Assembly: GCA_964607485.1 (NCBI GenBank)
Contig: CAZSKP010000024.1
Location: 1-64,000 of the forward strand
DNA length: 64,000 nt
Reading direction: 5' to 3'
DNA from: an uncultured bacterium
GTDB taxonomy: Bacteria; Abyssobacteria; SURF-5
Both the position numbers and the translations under genes were made by a program. Under the pieces are notes generated by a model. The model was not told where the DNA came from. It saw nothing but the letters and a program-made list of their open reading frames with translations, and searched no databases. Positions 10,038-20,406 of the stretch are shown here, piece by piece. Positions within the stretch are counted from its first letter, which is position 1. Every line of letters begins with the position of its first letter.

Positions 10038-11897
10038 ATGCTTCATGGATACAAAGGGAAACTCTTATGGATTGACCTGTCTAAGGAGACTTCCGCAGCA
10101 ATAGAAATACCCGAAGAGGTTCTCAGGAAATACATAGGAGGACGCGGCCTCGGTGCGAAGCTTTACTGGGACCTCCTTCCGCCGGATGCCGACCCTCTGG
10201 GGCCTGAGAATATCTTCATGGTGCTCACCGGCCCTCTCAGCGGCACCATGGCGCCCGGTGCCGGAAAGCACGTTATTGTGACCAAGTCTCCCGCGACCGG
10301 AGCGTGGTTGGACGCTTATTCGAGCGGACGTGTGGCTCCTGAGATGAAGTTTTCGGGCTACGATGGAATCGTCATAACGGGTAAAGCCAGGAGGCCAATC
10401 TACCTTCTGATTGAAGACAATAAGGTGGAGTTCCGCGATGCGAGTCATCTGTGGGGCAAGGGCGCATTCGCGGCAGAGACATACGTGAGAGAGAATTTTC
10501 ATCCCGATTGCGGCTCGCTCGCCATCGGTCCTGCGGGTGAGAACCTGGTTCATTTTGCCTGCGTGGGGAGTGATTATTTCAGACAAGCCGGTCGGGGTGG
10601 CGCCGGCGCGGTGATGGGGTCCAAGAACCTCAAATTGGTTGCCGTAAAGGGAAGCGGCGGCATAAGCTGCGCGAACATACAAGGCGTACATGACCTCGTG
10701 CTAAAGCATTACAAGACCTATCAGGACAGCCCCGCCGGTTCCGCGCACCGCAGGTATGGCACCCCTCTGACTTTGACCGTCACGCACTCGGCGGGAATGC
10801 TGCCCACGCGCAATTTCCAAAAGGGCCAGTTCGACCCTGGCATCGGCAAAATCGACAAGGACGCCGTGGAGGAAGCCACGATTGCGACCCGCGCATGCTA
10901 TGCCTGCTTTGACTCGTGCGGCAAGTTGACTCGGGTCAAGGATGGTGTTTTCAAAGGACTCACCGTCGAAGGGCCCGAATACGAAACTCTCGCTCTGCTC
11001 GGCAGCAACCTGGAGATAGACTATTTACCGGCAATTATGAGGGGGAACTATCTCTGCGACGACCTGGGAATGGATACCATTTCAGCCGGTGGAGTTATTG
11101 GCTTCGTCATGGAATGTTTCGAGCGCGGTATCCTGACGAAAGAAGATACCGGCGGGTTGGAGCTCAGGTTCGGGAATTATGAGACCGCATTGAAACTGCT
11201 GGAACTCATCGCGCACAGAAAAGGCTTTGGAGATTTCTGCGCCCGCGGAGTCAGGGAGATGGCCAGGGAGCTCGGCAAAGGAACCGAGAACTTCGCCATG
11301 CACTCGAAGGGGCTCGAACTTCCGGCCTATGACCCCCGGGCAGGATGGGGAGCGGCGATAACCTATTCCGTCACCCCAAGAGGTGGCTGTCACCGCCGCG
11401 CCTGGCCCCCTTTGAAGGAAGTGCTCGGAGGAGTGGAGCCCTTTACTACCGAGCAGAAGGCTGAGCTCGTGCGGGAGATGATGCACGAGACGTGCGTGAT
11501 GCACTCGCTCTTGGTCTGCGATGTTCCTCCCAAAACCATTCCCGCCGGCATTCCCGGATTCTGCGAGTATCTCAACCTTGTCACCGGCTTGGACTACTCA
11601 GTGGAGGACTTGATAGACCGCGCGGAAATCATTGAGACGCTCATCCGCCGAATCAATGTCAGGCAAGGAATCACCTCCAGTGAAGATTTCCTGCCAAGAC
11701 GAATATTGGAGGAAGCGCTCTCGAATGGGCCTGCCGAGGGAAAAATCATAGGCACGGAAAATTTTCTCAAGATGCGCTCCGAATACTATTCTCTGCGAGG
11801 CTGGGACAGCGAAGGAGTGCCCACAGCAGAGACCATCGCTAAGTATGGCTTCAATGAAGAGCCGGACTTTGGGGACCGGATAAGGATCGAACATTGA
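10038..11897 (+). CDS. aldehyde:ferredoxin oxidoreductase family (tungsten cofactor)
   Basis: GYKGKLLWIDLS, YIGGRGLG, KSPATG, AGRGGAGAVMGSKNLK, GPEYET, CDDLGMDTIS and YYSLRGWD. Confidence 0.93.
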   Translation: MLHGYKGKLLWIDLSKETSAAIEIPEEVLRKYIGGRGLGAKLYWDLLPPDADPLGPENIFMVLTGPLSGTMAPGAGKHVIVTKSPATGAWLDAYSSGRVAPEMKFSGYDGIVITGKARRPIYLLIEDNKVEFRDASHLWGKGAFAAETYVRENFHPDCGSLAIGPAGENLVHFACVGSDYFRQAGRGGAGAVMGSKNLKLVAVKGSGGISCANIQGVHDLVLKHYKTYQDSPAGSAHRRYGTPLTLTVTHSAGMLPTRNFQKGQFDPGIGKIDKDAVEEATIATRACYACFDSCGKLTRVKDGVFKGLTVEGPEYETLALLGSNLEIDYLPAIMRGNYLCDDLGMDTISAGGVIGFVMECFERGILTKEDTGGLELRFGNYETALKLLELIAHRKGFGDFCARGVREMARELGKGTENFAMHSKGLELPAYDPRAGWGAAITYSVTPRGGCHRRAWPPLKEVLGGVEPFTTEQKAELVREMMHETCVMHSLLVCDVPPKTIPAGIPGFCEYLNLVTGLDYSVEDLIDRAEIIETLIRRINVRQGITSSEDFLPRRILEEALSNGPAEGKIIGTENFLKMRSEYYSLRGWDSEGVPTAETIAKYGFNEEPDFGDRIRIEH

Positions 11898-12175
11898 AAG
11901 TCAACATTTCAATTGTCGGTCTTCTCGAGGGCCTTTTCCCTGAAGGCAAGGGCGTCATCGAAGCGGAAAGCATGACCGTCAGCGGCATATTGGATGCCGT
12001 CGCGGCCAAGTCCGGCAAAGATGCGGCGGGAAAGCTCCGCGGCGACAAAGACCTTCGGGAAGGATTGTCTCTGTTGGTTAATGGACGAAATGTGCTTTCG
12101 TTGCCCGATAAGTTTCAAACGAAATTGCAGGATGGGGATGAGGTAGTTATAACTGTCCAGGTCAGTGGCGGCTGA
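11894..12175 (+). CDS. MoaD/ThiS-family sulfur carrier
   Basis: Ubiquitin-like size, LVNGRNV motif and C-terminal SGG. Confidence 0.85.
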   Translation: MKVNISIVGLLEGLFPEGKGVIEAESMTVSGILDAVAAKSGKDAAGKLRGDKDLREGLSLLVNGRNVLSLPDKFQTKLQDGDEVVITVQVSGG

Positions 12176-12189
12176 AAAGAGACGCGAGC

Positions 12190-12765
12190 ATGGCAAGAGT
12201 ATTGGAGATCGAAGCAGACAAGTGCACGGGGTGCCGGATGTGCGAGCTTGCCTGCTCCAGCATCAAGGAAGGGGAATTTATTCCGGAACACTCCCGGATC
12301 CGAGTCATCGACAATCGACTCGAAGGGTGGTCGAGGCCCACGGTCTGCCTCCAATGCGACGAGCCGATGTGTATGGCTGTCTGTCCGGTCCAAGCTATTT
12401 CAAAGACAAAAACCGTTCAAGGCGATTCGGTCATAGCAGTTGACCCGGAAAAGTGCACCGGTTGCCACAGCTGTCTGGTGGCGTGCCCATTCGGAGCAAT
12501 GAATTTCTTCCCAAAACAGAAAGCCACCAAGTGCGACCTCTGCGATGGTTCACCCAAGTGCGTGGAATTCTGCTTCTATGACTGCTTGCACTTTGTGGAG
12601 CTTTCCGAGCAGGAGAGGACAGACCGAGCCAGGAAATTGAAGGCCTTGACCGTGAAAACGTGTCGAGAAATCAGCAGGCATGAGGTCCTGCGCCGTCGTG
12701 CCGCCTTTTCTCTTCCGGCATCTCAGGTCACACCCTCCCCGTCACCCAAAAGTGACAACGAATGA
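12190..12765 (+). CDS. 4Fe-4S dicluster electron-transfer subunit (AOR partner)
   Basis: Four cysteine clusters: CTGCRMCELAC, CLQC..C...CP, CTGCHSCLVACP and KCDLC. Confidence 0.9.
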   Translation: MARVLEIEADKCTGCRMCELACSSIKEGEFIPEHSRIRVIDNRLEGWSRPTVCLQCDEPMCMAVCPVQAISKTKTVQGDSVIAVDPEKCTGCHSCLVACPFGAMNFFPKQKATKCDLCDGSPKCVEFCFYDCLHFVELSEQERTDRARKLKALTVKTCREISRHEVLRRRAAFSLPASQVTPSPSPKSDNE

Positions 12766-12807
12766 ACTCAATTCTATTTCGATAGCCTGCTTCGGAGACT
12801 ATCGTCA

Positions 12808-13827
12808 ATGACGACATTGATAATCGACGGCCATCGTCACCTCATGTGTCTTGGAGCTCACACCCTCGCCAGTCAACTGGACCCGGCAAAAGCGAATTCT
12901 ATGGCGGGCGTCAACCAGGCTTCCGCCATGGTCAACATGGAGAGAGCGCCGACATGGGTGCGCAAGATGACGGATTTCGACGAGCATGTCGCCGACCTCA
13001 ATTCGGCGGGCATAGATATCGGCGTTGCCTGGCCTCCTCCTCCGGGATTCTACTACTGGGCAGAGCCTTCTGCCGGCGTCGAATTGTCCCGAATGGTGAA
13101 TGAGAACACCGCAAGTGTGACTCGGTCAAAGCGTAATCGTCTTGTAGGACTGGCCTCAGTACCTCTCCAGGACGTCGGCCGTGCCATCGAAGAGTTAAAA
13201 TATGCCGTGCAAACCTTGGGGCTCAGCGGGGTGGCCATCGCATCCAATGTAAACGGACGTGGCCTTGATGAAGAACAGTTCCTTCCATTCTTTGAGCAGG
13301 CGGAGCTGCTGGACGTGCCGGTCTTTATCCATCCCGATGTTCCTCTTGAGTCTGAGCGGATGAGTAGCTGTTACCTCGTAAACTTTCTGGGTTATCCATT
13401 GGATTCGACAGTGGCGGCATCTCATTTGGTTTTCGGAGGTGTTCTCGACCGTTACCCAAATTTGAAAATCTGCCTGGTTCATGCGGGCGGAGTCTTGCCC
13501 TTCCTGCTCGGTCGCCTTGAGCATGGACAATCAGTCCGTCCCGAGGCGCGGGAAAGATGCGAGCACCCTTTTCCCCACTACTTGAAGAACTTTTATGTGG
13601 ACAGCGTAACGTTTCGCGTAGAGATCCTTCGCTTCGTACTCACCGTAATGCCACGGGGCCATGTATTCATGGGTACGGACTATCCCTTCGATATGGCCGA
13701 TCCCGATCCCGTATCCACGGTGACATCGGCGGCGGAAGATGACCGGGCCATGCTCGAAGAGGTACTCGGTGGAAATCTCCGGCGTCTATTGAAACTTCCA
13801 GGAGATTCTTCAAACCCCGTGCGTTAA
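12808..13827 (+). CDS. amidohydrolase-2 family protein (ACMSD-like decarboxylase)
   Basis: IDGHRH, VPVFIHP, HAGGVLPF and GTDYPFD. Confidence 0.85.
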   Translation: MTTLIIDGHRHLMCLGAHTLASQLDPAKANSMAGVNQASAMVNMERAPTWVRKMTDFDEHVADLNSAGIDIGVAWPPPPGFYYWAEPSAGVELSRMVNENTASVTRSKRNRLVGLASVPLQDVGRAIEELKYAVQTLGLSGVAIASNVNGRGLDEEQFLPFFEQAELLDVPVFIHPDVPLESERMSSCYLVNFLGYPLDSTVAASHLVFGGVLDRYPNLKICLVHAGGVLPFLLGRLEHGQSVRPEARERCEHPFPHYLKNFYVDSVTFRVEILRFVLTVMPRGHVFMGTDYPFDMADPDPVSTVTSAAEDDRAMLEEVLGGNLRRLLKLPGDSSNPVR

Positions 13828-13981
13828 CGCCAGCCATTTGTTGGAAGGAATTCTGTGACCAAATAAGTACAATTTTCGCCCCTACCCATTGGAACCTCAA
13901 AGAGACAATTGACACATGATCGGGGCGGGGGTCCATCCCGGCTGAATCCGGTTCGGTTGCGCGCAGACGGCGCCCGGTAAG

Positions 13982-14923
13982 CTATTCTTTCGCACCGGCC
14001 TGTTCGAGCATGTCCGCGATCTGGGGATGCTTTGCGAATTTCGCAACTTTGAGTGCCGTCATGCTGTATGCGCCAACCGCATCCACGTCGGCCTCATGGT
14101 CTAACAAAGTCCTGACGATGTCGATGTGCCCTCTATATGCGGCGGCCATCAGAGCGGTGTTGCCGTCGTCATTCCTCAAATTCACATCGGCTCCCCTGTT
14201 CAGGAGCGTCTCAACGATGGCTTCGCGGCCTGCGAAAGCGGCTATCGTCAGTGCCGGTGTGCCATCGGTCGATTGCGCGTTAGGATCCTCTCCCTTGTCG
14301 AGCAAGGCCTTAACGATATCCTCGTGGCCAAGGTCTGACGCTATCATCAGCGCCGTCATACCCAGCCCTGCGTTTCTTATGCCTGTGTCGGCCCCGCCAT
14401 CCAGGAGGGCCGTCACGACCGCAGTGTGGCCCGCCCTTGTGGCATACATCAAGGCCGTCTCGCCCAAGACATTGTCCTTTGCATTCAAATCGGCGTCGTT
14501 GTCCAGCAGGATTTGCACGATGCCGGTATGACCATGCCCTGCCGAAGCCATTAACGCCGTGGCGCCAAGATTGTTTGTCGAGTTCACGTCAGCGCCGCTG
14601 TTCAGCAGAGCCTTCACAACCTCGGCGTGGCCATTCAGCGCCGCATACGAAAGCGCTGTCACACTGCCTCTGCTTTTCGCATTCGGGTCCATCCCCGCGG
14701 CCAAAAACAATTCCACCACCTTAAGGTTCCCCTGTTCTGCACTTCTCAGGAATTGTTCCGAGGTATACGCGATTTTCAATCGCTCCAATTCCCGGCCTGC
14801 AGCACTCTCGCCCTCGCTCAATTGTGGCGACTCTTCGCCTAGATCTCTTTCGGGACTCTTGGAACACGCTGCATGAGAGAACAGCAGGGCAAAGGCCAAG
14901 ACCACGGTCAAGATGAATGGCAC
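13982..14923 (-). CDS. ankyrin-repeat lipoprotein
   Basis: About 7 ankyrin repeats (GxTALMxAA.GH..IV..LL..GADVN); AAGGAGG SD before GTG at 14923; signal peptide ending in HAAC lipobox. Confidence 0.85.
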   Translation of the reverse strand: MPFILTVVLAFALLFSHAACSKSPERDLGEESPQLSEGESAAGRELERLKIAYTSEQFLRSAEQGNLKVVELFLAAGMDPNAKSRGSVTALSYAALNGHAEVVKALLNSGADVNSTNNLGATALMASAGHGHTGIVQILLDNDADLNAKDNVLGETALMYATRAGHTAVVTALLDGGADTGIRNAGLGMTALMIASDLGHEDIVKALLDKGEDPNAQSTDGTPALTIAAFAGREAIVETLLNRGADVNLRNDDGNTALMAAAYRGHIDIVRTLLDHEADVDAVGAYSMTALKVAKFAKHPQIADMLEQAGAKE

Positions 14924-15355
14924 GGCGTTAAGCCTCCTTGCGCAGGCATCCGGGAACAGTAAACCTGAGACAGGTAGCTGTTCAGAGAGTATCGCAGGGC
15001 AAAGGCGGAGCGCAATGGAGCGCTCACGGCCCATGGCAACATTGAAATTCATCGATATGGATAATGGTCGGCCAGTCATTGTTTCAAGACCTCTTTCTTC
15101 ATGCGGAAGTATACATCATCAGGGCATCGCCTTTCCAACAGCTTCATGATGGCAGTCGGCATTGTAGCACTCCACGAAACCGCTGATATCGCCTGCTTCA
15201 ACTCTTCGTAGCCCGCACAGGCTCTTTGGGCCAAGCTCAGGGGATAACCGCGAAACTTAAAATCCTATTCAACAACATTCCGGATCTTCTTTAAGAAAAC
15301 GAATAATGTCATCCGTTCCCTCTCAACAAGAACGCCTCAAACATCTTCATTATAG

Positions 15356-15388
15356 AAAAGGACTCACGCAAAAACGCGCAAGTCCTTT
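15356..15388 (-). terminator. hairpin terminator downstream of tRNA-Leu
   Basis: AAAGGACT...AGTCCTTT inverted repeat ending in a U-tract on the minus strand. Confidence 0.6.
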
Positions 15389-15399
15389 CATACCAACTG

Positions 15400-15484
15400 T
15401 GCCGGAGGAGGGAATCGAACCCTCATGGTGCCAAGCACCGGGGGATTTTGAGTCCCCTGCGTCTACCAATTCCACCACTCCGGC
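15400..15484 (-). tRNA. tRNA-Leu(CAA)
   Basis: Cloverleaf GCCGGAG...CTCCGGC-A, anticodon arm GGGGA-CT-CAA-AA-TCCCC, long variable arm and GGTTCGATTCC; CCA not encoded. Confidence 0.95.
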
Positions 15485-15500
15485 TTCCCAAGGCGCTTCA

Positions 15501-15529
15501 AAAATAGCAAATCCACCTCTCTTTGTCAA
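15501..15529 (-). promoter_or_regulatory. sigma-70 promoter of tRNA-Leu
   Basis: TTGACA-17bp-TATTTT with extended TG on the minus strand. Confidence 0.65.
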
Positions 15530-15744
15530 TGCGCGGGGCGCAATCCCGACTTCGGAAATCTCAACCCCAGCTTTCTTGCCGGCTTTTCCCCATCGCTCCT
15601 TTATGCAAAAATGGGGGAAAAGTTGACTGGCACATGGCGCGACGTCCTTCCCCAGTCCGCCGCGTTCCCGGACGAAAAATGAGGCCAGCCGGGCACGGGC
15701 GACCGTCTCCGGATTGCCAAAATTTGCAATTTGGGCGATTTTTC

Positions 15745-15774
15745 TTGACATTTCGGCATATTCTATGTTATTAT
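15745..15774 (+). promoter_or_regulatory. sigma-70 promoter of the carD-family gene
   Basis: TTGACA-18bp-TATTAT with extended TG. Confidence 0.55.
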
Positions 15775-15821
15775 GCCCATACCCGCGGCGGGGCGGGTTC
15801 GTGGGAAAATGGGTCAAGAGG

Positions 15822-16310
15822 ATGCTGTCTCAAATCAAGAAGGGCGACATCGTCATTCATCCTGCCCACGGCGCTTCCGAGGTTGTCGCAATCGAGAAGA
15901 AGGAATTCTCGGGCCAAAAGCGGAAGTTCCTCGTCCTGAAACCCATAATGTTCGACATGACGGTGTATATTCCCGAGGAAAACGCCGATCATGCCGGGCT
16001 AAGGCGGCCAGTGAAGCGCGAGCACTTCGGCGAAGTCGTCAAAGTGCTCAAGCAGAAGGAGACCAGAAGCTCCGACAACTGGCAGCGTAGGTTCAGGGCC
16101 TACAACCGCAAGATCCAGAGCGGCGATCTTTGCCAGGTGGCCGAGGTCGTTCGCAACCTGGACCGAAAAAACCGCACCAAAGGCCTTTCGACAACCGAGA
16201 ACGTTTTGCTGGAACGGGCGTTCATAATCTTGGCCAGCGAATATGTCTGCGTCAAGAATGTGGACAAGGAAGCCGCCTACGGGTTCTTCACCAGGGCGCT
16301 GACCAGGTAA
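15822..16310 (+). CDS. carD: CarD/CdnL-family RNA-polymerase-binding regulator
   Basis: GDIVIHPAHG, VYIP...GLRRP, NWQRRFR and SGDLCQVAEVVRNL. Confidence 0.88.
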   Translation: MLSQIKKGDIVIHPAHGASEVVAIEKKEFSGQKRKFLVLKPIMFDMTVYIPEENADHAGLRRPVKREHFGEVVKVLKQKETRSSDNWQRRFRAYNRKIQSGDLCQVAEVVRNLDRKNRTKGLSTTENVLLERAFIILASEYVCVKNVDKEAAYGFFTRALTR

Positions 16311-16523
16311 ATCCGCACCAAGCCTGGTCTCTGATTCTCAAGCACTGAGCAGAGTGCTTCGTGTGAAAGTGGCGTCGTGGTTGAAAATTGTCGCGTGCGG
16401 AGATCATTATCCCTATGTCTAGTGGCGAAATAACGACGGAGAAAAGCTGCACGAAGCGACGCCGCCCTGTGTCTGTTCGGGAGGTTGTTATAGAGTAGTT
16501 GCGACAAAATAGCAGAATCCCCC

Positions 16524-16556
16524 ACAGGGCCCCCGAAAGGCGGGCCTGTTTTTTTT
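16524..16556 (+). terminator. intrinsic terminator or attenuator hairpin
   Basis: ACAGGGCCCCC-GAAA-GGCGGGCCTG followed by a T8 run. Confidence 0.75.
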
Positions 16557-16642
16557 GGGGCCCTAGCTCCGTGGGTCGCAGATCGGCATGCAACGCGCCG
16601 CGGGCCGTCAAAAAAGAGAGGGTGAGGGAGCGGCCGCAGAAC

Positions 16643-17605
16643 ATGCAGGAGGAAAAACACACACTGAGCGTTGACGTTGAGCGTGCGGGAACCCGGCTCG
16701 ACCAGTTTCTGGCCGCGCATCTTCCCAGTCTCTCCCGCGCCCGCGTCCAGACGCTCATCCATTCGGGCAACGTGCTTGTGGACGGACGAACCGTCAAGCC
16801 GAGCCATCGGGTTCGCGAGGGCGAATCGGTCTGGATCGCAATCGAAGGGGCCGGGCCGCCGTCGTGCGAAGCCGAAGACATACCGCTCAATATCGTGTTT
16901 GAGGACGAGCACATCATCGTGGTGGACAAGCCTGCCGGCATGATCGTGCATCCGGCGGCGGGCGTGAGAACGGGCACCCTGGTGAACGCGCTGATGGCGC
17001 ACTCGCGCCGCCTCTCCACGGCCAGCGGCCCTCAGAGGCCGGGGATAGTTCACCGGCTGGACAAGAACACATCGGGATTGCTCGTCGTCGCGAAGACCGA
17101 GGCTGTGCATCGCTCGCTCGCCCGCAGCCTCGGCCGGCGCGACGTGAGGAGGCAATATCGAGCATTGGCCTATGGCAACTTCGCCGAGTCGGACGGAACG
17201 ATCGATGCGCCCATCGGGCGCAGTCCCTCCGACAGGAAGAAGATGGCGGTGACCGGCGTGCGCAGCCGCGAGGCCGAGACGCATTTCACCGTGCAGGAGA
17301 GCTTCCCCGGCGCGTCATGCCTTGCGGTGCAGCTCTCGACCGGCAGGACCCACCAGATTCGGGTGCACATGGCCTACATCGGACATCCGATAATCGGAGA
17401 TTCTGTTTACGGAGTAAGGGTGAAGCGCTTCCACGAGAAGATGAAGCCGGCGGTGGTGGAGGCTGTATCGGGGCTTCGGAGCCATATGCTCCATGCCGAG
17501 TCGCTGGAATTCAACCACCCGGCCTCGGGCGAACTGATGCATTTCACTGCGCCTCTGCCGGAGGAATTTGCCGGACTGCTCCGGCTGTTGCAAGATAGCA
17601 AGTAG
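16643..17605 (+). CDS. rluD: 23S rRNA pseudouridine synthase, RluA/RluD family
   Basis: S4 domain RLDQFLA, VDKPAGMIVHP, GIVHRLDKNTSG and TGRTHQIRVH. Confidence 0.9.
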   Translation: MQEEKHTLSVDVERAGTRLDQFLAAHLPSLSRARVQTLIHSGNVLVDGRTVKPSHRVREGESVWIAIEGAGPPSCEAEDIPLNIVFEDEHIIVVDKPAGMIVHPAAGVRTGTLVNALMAHSRRLSTASGPQRPGIVHRLDKNTSGLLVVAKTEAVHRSLARSLGRRDVRRQYRALAYGNFAESDGTIDAPIGRSPSDRKKMAVTGVRSREAETHFTVQESFPGASCLAVQLSTGRTHQIRVHMAYIGHPIIGDSVYGVRVKRFHEKMKPAVVEAVSGLRSHMLHAESLEFNHPASGELMHFTAPLPEEFAGLLRLLQDSK

Positions 17606-17651
17606 GGGCGGTCAACGGCAGGGTTTGATACAGGCTGAAAGAGGACGAACA

Positions 17652-18641
17652 ATGGCTGGAAAAATTGCACTGAAATCAATGGCGAACTTCTCGAAGCAAG
17701 CTGCTGTTTCGATAAAGTCTGGGCTGACCATCTCACGGGCGTTTCCGCTCATCGCGCGGGAGTCCAGGGATCGACGATTGAAGCGAACGCTCAAAGAGAT
17801 CAACGCGGACATAGCCAGGGGAGAAACCCTTGCCGAAGCTCTTCGCAGCCGTGCCAAGAGGTTTCCGCCGATGTTCGTGGAGATGGTACACGTCGGCGAG
17901 CGCAGCGGGCATCTCGAAGACATCTTCGCTCGGCTGGCCACCTATTTCGATACCCGGGTGATGCTCAGGCGCGCGACCGTCCGCGCGTCCATCTATCCGA
18001 TGATTCAACTTGTTATGGCATACGCCGTGTTTTGCCTGATCATGATAATATTCAGCCCCGACATGATGGCCACGGCCGAAGAGATAATCTCTTACACAAT
18101 AATGGCCTTCGTCGGTCTCGTCCTCGTCGTCGTCTTCTTCTCGCGCACCTCGATAGGCCGCGCGATCTGGGACCGACTGCTCCTTTCGGTGCCGTTCTTA
18201 CGGTCGGTCATCATCAAGCTGTGCATGGCGAGGTTCACTCGAACTCTGGCAATGCAGTTGGAAAGCGCAATCCCGATAGCCGAGGCGATCGAGAGGGCGG
18301 CCGCTGTCACCGGCAACGGAGCGGTGGCAAACAATCTCAGGCGGATGGTCGACCCAATCCGGAACGGGGCCAGCCTCGCCGAGGCGGTGAACTGGTCGCC
18401 TCTGGTGCCTCCGATGATTCGCGAAGTGCTCGCCGTCGGAGAGGAGACGGGAAGCTTCACGGAGTCGCTCGACAGGGTGGCCGACATTTACGAAGAAGAA
18501 TCGGTGCTCGTGCTCGAATCGCTCCCGAAGTTCATCGGGCCCGTTGTCGCAATAATCGTCGGAATTGTTGTGGTTTATCTCTTTTACACCGTTTACTTCG
18601 TCCACTACCTCAAACCGTTGCTTGAGATGATCGGCGCGTGA
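17652..18641 (+). CDS. type II secretion system F / PilC-family platform protein
   Basis: Two T2SSF repeats (VGERSGHL, VGEETGSF) with TM segments. Confidence 0.88.
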   Translation: MAGKIALKSMANFSKQAAVSIKSGLTISRAFPLIARESRDRRLKRTLKEINADIARGETLAEALRSRAKRFPPMFVEMVHVGERSGHLEDIFARLATYFDTRVMLRRATVRASIYPMIQLVMAYAVFCLIMIIFSPDMMATAEEIISYTIMAFVGLVLVVVFFSRTSIGRAIWDRLLLSVPFLRSVIIKLCMARFTRTLAMQLESAIPIAEAIERAAAVTGNGAVANNLRRMVDPIRNGASLAEAVNWSPLVPPMIREVLAVGEETGSFTESLDRVADIYEEESVLVLESLPKFIGPVVAIIVGIVVVYLFYTVYFVHYLKPLLEMIGA

Positions 18642-18679
18642 AAATGGACTGGTCAGCCCCCAAGGCAAAATCGGAATGC

Positions 18680-18708
18680 TTGAAAAAAGGAAGACCATCC
18701 GTTATAAT
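18680..18708 (+). promoter_or_regulatory. sigma-70 promoter of leuD-leuB-asd
   Basis: TTGAAA-17bp-TATAAT. Confidence 0.65.
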
Positions 18709-18749
18709 CTGCGCAATTTTATTTTGAGCAATAAAGGAAAATCACCGCA

Positions 18750-19280
18750 ATGACCGCAAATCTTGTCCTTCGCGCAAAGGCATGGAAATACGGCGATAAC
18801 ATCGACACCGACGGCATCATCCCGGCCCGATACCTCGTGTCGAGCGACCCTCAATTCTTAGCCCAGCACTGTATGGAGGATGTCGATGCGGAATTCGTAA
18901 AGAAAGCGGTAGAGGGCGATTTCATCGTCGGCGGCAAGAACTTCGGCTGCGGCTCGTCGCGCGAACATGCCCCGATCGCGATAAAGGCGGCGGGCATATC
19001 CTGCGTCATCGCGAAAAGCTTCGCCCGCATCTTCTACCGCAACGCCTTCAACATGGGGCTGCCCATACTCGAGTGTCCCGACGCGGTCGATGGAATCGAC
19101 GACGGCGACGAGATAGACGTCAATTTATCGACGGGCGTGATACGAAATCTAAGGTCCGGCGCCGAGTTCCGCGCAAATCCGATTCCCCCCTTCATGCAGG
19201 AGCTGATTGAAGCCGGCGGGCTCATAGGTTACGCGCGCTCCCGAATTGCCAAGAAGGCAGAAAGCGAGGCGGAGCGATAA
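18750..19280 (+). CDS. leuD: 3-isopropylmalate dehydratase small subunit
   Basis: [26 protein letters not shown] and SFARIFYRN. Confidence 0.95.
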   Translation: MTANLVLRAKAWKYGDNIDTDGIIPARYLVSSDPQFLAQHCMEDVDAEFVKKAVEGDFIVGGKNFGCGSSREHAPIAIKAAGISCVIAKSFARIFYRNAFNMGLPILECPDAVDGIDDGDEIDVNLSTGVIRNLRSGAEFRANPIPPFMQELIEAGGLIGYARSRIAKKAESEAER

Positions 19281-20335
19281 TGCACAAAATCGCGGTCATT
19301 CCGGGCGACGGCACAGGGCCGGAAGTGGTCGCCGAAGGGATGAAGGTCCTCAGGGCGGCGGCCGGGAAATTCGGGTTCAAATACGAGACGGCTGAGTTCG
19401 ATTTCGGGGGTGAGCGATACCTGAAGACGGGCGAAACCTTGCCGCCCGAGGCCATCGAGGAGCTGCGCTCTTTCAACGCGATCTTCTTGGGGGCCATCGG
19501 TCATCCGAAGGTCAGGCCGGGCATACTTGAGCAGGGAATACTGCTCAGACTGCGCTTCGCGCTCGATCAATACATAAACCTGAGGCCCGTCAAACTGCTG
19601 TCCGGCGTCGAAACGCCCGTCAGGGGAAAGGGGCCGGACGACATCGACTTCGTCGTCGTTCGTGAGAACACGGAGGGACTCTATGCCGGGGCGGGCGGAT
19701 TTCTGCGGCGCGGAACGCTCGACGAGGTTGCCATTCAGGAATCTATAAACACTCGTCGGGGCGCCGAGCGCTGCATCCGATATGCGTTTGAGTTCTGCCG
19801 CAAGCGAGGCAAAAGGAAAAAGCTGACTTTGTGCGGGAAGACCAACGTGCTCACGTACGCATTCGACCTGTGGGAGAGGACGTTCAACGAAGTGGCCGCT
19901 GAATATCCCGACATAAAGACCGACTACGCCCACGTCGACGCCATCTGCATGTGGATGGTCAAGAATCCCGAATGGTTCGACGTGATCGTGACCGACAACA
20001 TGTTCGGCGACATAATCACCGACCTTGGCGCGATGATTCAGGGGGGAATGGGCATCGCCGCCGGGGGCAACATCAACCCGTCGGGCGCGTCGATGTTCGA
20101 GCCGATAGGCGGCTCGGCGCCTAAGTATACCGGCAAGGGAATGATAAACCCCCTGGCTGCTATATGCGCATGTCAGATGATGCTCGAATTTCTGGGCGAG
20201 GCCGAGGCCGCGGCGAAAATCGAGGAGGCGGTCGTCAACACGATAACGAACCGTCTCAAGGGCATGAGCGCAGGCGAGATGGGATACACCACGAGCGAGG
20301 TCGGCGACCTCGTGGCGAAACACGTAGCAGAATAA
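19280..20335 (+). CDS. leuB: 3-isopropylmalate dehydrogenase
   Basis: [22 protein letters not shown] and [10 protein letters not shown]; adjacent to leuD. Confidence 0.9.
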   Translation: MHKIAVIPGDGTGPEVVAEGMKVLRAAAGKFGFKYETAEFDFGGERYLKTGETLPPEAIEELRSFNAIFLGAIGHPKVRPGILEQGILLRLRFALDQYINLRPVKLLSGVETPVRGKGPDDIDFVVVRENTEGLYAGAGGFLRRGTLDEVAIQESINTRRGAERCIRYAFEFCRKRGKRKKLTLCGKTNVLTYAFDLWERTFNEVAAEYPDIKTDYAHVDAICMWMVKNPEWFDVIVTDNMFGDIITDLGAMIQGGMGIAAGGNINPSGASMFEPIGGSAPKYTGKGMINPLAAICACQMMLEFLGEAEAAAKIEEAVVNTITNRLKGMSAGEMGYTTSEVGDLVAKHVAE

Positions 20336-20406
20336 CCGCTCGTTTGATCAGCGGATATACGGGGGCACGACCCCAAGAACACAAGATGGGAAGGTGATTC
20401 TTCAAC

